Source of the DNA: a virus
Lineage: Duplodnaviria > Caudoviricetes
IMG/VR virus record: IMGVR_UViG_3300030107_001272
Coordinates: 1-56,938 of that record
Strand: one strand, 5' to 3'
Length of the DNA stretch: 56,938 nt
Shown: one piece after another, positions 54,080 to 56,938 of the stretch
Position numbering within the stretch: the first letter of the stretch is position 1
Layout of the letters: each line of letters starts with the position of its first letter
The notes under the pieces: model-generated
What the model was told of the DNA's origin: nothing
Seen by the model: the letters and a program-made list of their open reading frames with translations, nothing else
The model's database searches: none
Made by a program: the position numbers and the translations under genes

Positions 54080-56499
54080 TGGGTTACATTGGGTTAAGTG
54101 CTAGAAATGACATAAGGATTACCACGATTGGTAGTGCCAATCTAGATGGATCTGTTATTGTCAATGAGAGTAGTGCTGATAAAGACTTTAGAGTAGAGTC
54201 TGATGGTAATACTCACATGCTCTTTGTTAATGGTGGAAATAACTGCGTTGGTATTGGCAATGCAAGTCCTACCTCAACTTTACATATAAGTGGTACTGTT
54301 ACGGCAACTGGTGATCTTCAAGCCCCTGGAATTTATGTTGGAGCTACAAATACTAGTTATGATTTCTATAATAACGGTACTTCATATTTTAATGGTGTTG
54401 TAACCTTAGATAAAAACACTACTTGCAATGCTGATTTTCAAGCTGCAGGAGTTTATGTTGGGGCTACAAACACTAGCTATGATCTTTATAATAATGGTAC
54501 ATCTTATTTTAATGGTGCTGTAATTGTAGATGATAATCTAACCGTTAATGGTACAATAAATGGAGTAGGTATATCTTATAATATTGCTAATTTTAGTGAA
54601 AGTATGCTCATTAGCAATGATGCAGGTACAGGAACTTTAAGTACAGCTAGTAACAACACAGGCTTTGGACATGAAGTATTTGATGATTTAACAAGTGGCA
54701 ATAACAATACAGCAATAGGGCGTTCAGCAGGAGCAAAAGTTACATCAGGTAATGAAAATACACTTATAGGATCAAACGCAGGTGATGCAATAACTGACGC
54801 AGATTATAATGTAGCAATCGGTTATAATGCTTTAACAACTAACACGATAGGAAGTAAATCTATTGCAATAGGCCGTAACTCCCTTCTTTTTCAAATTCCT
54901 GACTCAGCTTTAGATTGTCATAATATAGCTATTGGTGATGGAGCAGGGTCACAAGTAACAACAGGTAGATTTAATGTTTTTATTGGTAATGATGCAGGTG
55001 ATAACTTTAATACTGGAGGAGCTAATACAGCAATAGGCCATGCTGCTTTAAGTGGAGATACCAAAGGTGATCAGAGCGTTGCCATAGGCACAGGCGCATT
55101 AAACGCTCAAAACTTTACCTCTGCTACTGATGCTTACAATACGGCTGTAGGGCGTTCAGCAGGTTTGTTGTTACAAACAGGCGTACAAAACACTATTATT
55201 GGTGCTTTAGCAGCTGATGCAGCAACTACTCCAGATACTTGTACTATTATAGGTTATCAAGCATGTGGTGATGGAGTTCTAACAGGAAACAGAAATGTTG
55301 TTATAGGTGGAAACGCAGGGTTGGGTCTGACCGAAGGAAGAGATAATGTAATAATTGGGAATAATGCAGTTGATGCTGATACTAAAGGTTGGGCAACTAC
55401 TGCTATAGGCTATTCTGCACTAGGCGCACAAACTTTTACTTCAGGTACAGAGGCAAACAACCAAAGTGACAATACAGCAGTAGGCTATTTTGCAGGTAGC
55501 TTAACTACAACAGGTAAGAAAAACACTTATATTGGCTCTTTAGCAGGTGATGATTGTATAGATGGCAGTTTCAATACTGCTATAGGGTATAATACTTTAA
55601 GTGCTGATCACGGAGATCACAACACAGTAGTTGGTAATCTTGCAGGAAATCTTTCTACAGGCACAAGAAACACTTTAGTTGGAAGTATGGCAGGTGATAA
55701 TTTAACTCTTGGTAATGATAATGTATGTCTTGGTGCTTATACTTTAGATGCAGGTAATACTGATTCACAGAATGTGGCTATAGGAACGTATGCATTAAAT
55801 AATCAAGTAGGGGGTGGAGGAAGTGCAAATGCAATGAACAACACTGCTGTTGGGTTTAATGCAGGAAGAAACCTTACTTCAGGATACTACAACACTTTTA
55901 TTGGTAATTCAGTTGCTACAGCAGGTACAGTTACTGGAACTGATAATACTATGATGGGTTATTTAGCAGCTTATTCTCTTAGTAGCGGTAGTAATAATCT
56001 ATGTTTAGGTAAAGAAGCAGGTCGTACAGGTAGTCCTGGTGGCAATGTAACTACTGGTTCTAATATTATTGTATTAGGAGATGAAAATATATCATCAGCT
56101 AATATACAAGTTGATTGGTCTGTAGCTTCTGATGAAAGAGATAAGACAGATTTTAATACACTGAACTTAGGTTTAGATTTTGTAAAAGCTATGAAACCAT
56201 ACACTTTTAAGTGGGATAAACGTTCTAAGTATGGTGATAAACATGCAGAGGATTATGATTTAGATGCAATAACTTCTGATGGTACTCATAAAGAAGATTG
56301 GTTAGATTTAGGTTTTAAAGCACAAGATGTTAAAGCACTAGAAGAAGCATCTAATTATAAGATTGCAGATAAAACAAACTTAACTGTAAGTGTTACGGAT
56401 GATGGCAAACAATATGGAATGAGGTACTCTAAGTTAGTTCCAATCCTAGTTAAAGCAATACAAGAACTAGAAGCTAAAGTAGCAAAGTTAGAGGAATAA
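54079..56499 (+). CDS. tail fibre with NxAxG repeats and S74 chaperone
   Basis: Many NTAIG/NTAVG repeats; SDERDKTD...GFKAQDV...LVKAIQEL. Confidence 0.85.
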   Translation: MGYIGLSARNDIRITTIGSANLDGSVIVNESSADKDFRVESDGNTHMLFVNGGNNCVGIGNASPTSTLHISGTVTATGDLQAPGIYVGATNTSYDFYNNGTSYFNGVVTLDKNTTCNADFQAAGVYVGATNTSYDLYNNGTSYFNGAVIVDDNLTVNGTINGVGISYNIANFSESMLISNDAGTGTLSTASNNTGFGHEVFDDLTSGNNNTAIGRSAGAKVTSGNENTLIGSNAGDAITDADYNVAIGYNALTTNTIGSKSIAIGRNSLLFQIPDSALDCHNIAIGDGAGSQVTTGRFNVFIGNDAGDNFNTGGANTAIGHAALSGDTKGDQSVAIGTGALNAQNFTSATDAYNTAVGRSAGLLLQTGVQNTIIGALAADAATTPDTCTIIGYQACGDGVLTGNRNVVIGGNAGLGLTEGRDNVIIGNNAVDADTKGWATTAIGYSALGAQTFTSGTEANNQSDNTAVGYFAGSLTTTGKKNTYIGSLAGDDCIDGSFNTAIGYNTLSADHGDHNTVVGNLAGNLSTGTRNTLVGSMAGDNLTLGNDNVCLGAYTLDAGNTDSQNVAIGTYALNNQVGGGGSANAMNNTAVGFNAGRNLTSGYYNTFIGNSVATAGTVTGTDNTMMGYLAAYSLSSGSNNLCLGKEAGRTGSPGGNVTTGSNIIVLGDENISSANIQVDWSVASDERDKTDFNTLNLGLDFVKAMKPYTFKWDKRSKYGDKHAEDYDLDAITSDGTHKEDWLDLGFKAQDVKALEEASNYKIADKTNLTVSVTDDGKQYGMRYSKLVPILVKAIQELEAKVAKLEE

Positions 56500-56502
56500 C
56501 AT

Positions 56503-56938
56503 ATGCCCTATTTAGGTAAAACTCCATCTCAAGGTGTAAGATCTCGTTACCAGTTTACCCCTAACGCAGGTACAACTAGTCTCTCTGGTGCTGATGCCAA
56601 TGGAGATACCCTGACGTTTACTGATGGTAACTACGTGGATGTTTACCTCAATGGAGTTATGCTGAAAGCAGGAGTGGACTATGTAACAACCACAGCTAAT
56701 ACTATTGGTAGTCTTGCTGCTACTGTCGCTAGTGATGTTGTGGATGTAATCGTGTACGACACCTTCAGTCTTTTTGGTGGTACACTTGAGGGTAATGTTA
56801 AAGTAAATAATGGTACGCTTAATGTAACAGGTGCAACAGATCTTGACAGTACACTTAATGTGGATGGTGCTAGTACTTTTGGTGGTGTGCTAAAAGCCCC
56901 TGATGGTTCTAACTCTGCCCCTGCCTATACATTTTCAG
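56503..56938 (+). CDS. 3'-truncated tail fibre/spike protein (not in the ORF track)
   Basis: MPYLGKTPSQGVRSRYQF...VDVYLNGVML...DGSNSAPAYTFS; open to the window end. Confidence 0.75.
   Translation, partial: MPYLGKTPSQGVRSRYQFTPNAGTTSLSGADANGDTLTFTDGNYVDVYLNGVMLKAGVDYVTTTANTIGSLAATVASDVVDVIVYDTFSLFGGTLEGNVKVNNGTLNVTGATDLDSTLNVDGASTFGGVLKAPDGSNSAPAYTFS

Noticed and set aside
1-56938. tRNA genes, introns/inteins, alternative genetic code, phage RNA polymerase
   Set aside because: None recognisable. Core genes are uninterrupted and of normal length in the standard code.

Overview
A near-complete genome of a marine short-tailed dsDNA phage, linearised inside the tail-fibre region. It has the hallmarks of HMO-2011-type podoviruses of marine Alphaproteobacteria: a family A DNA polymerase with an inserted DnaJ-type zinc finger, a tyrosine recombinase next to primase and helicase, class II RNR, MazG, and no phage RNA polymerase. 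The early/replication arm runs on the minus strand (34954 down to 16400). The lysis, packaging and structural arm runs on the plus strand (about 35600 to 56938, then 1 to 16399). The arms diverge from a hairpin- and repeat-rich control region with sigma70 promoters. The most notable observations are: (1) five same-orientation copies of an 18-bp element with a palindromic core (TTGTCCGACATCGGACTT), three of which separate small early genes like cassettes; (2) an unannotated 51-aa ORF with the ArfA KGKGSY motif; (3) a C5 methyltransferase with motif I permuted to the C-terminus, near PAPS-reductase-like and Cys-rich proteins; (4) apparent genome-wide avoidance of GCTGG/CCAGC; (5) a recurring hydrophobic-x-x-GG peptide motif in internal and basic proteins; (6) four chaperone-bearing tail fibres with shared modules. 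All family calls come from recognising motifs by eye, not from database searches.
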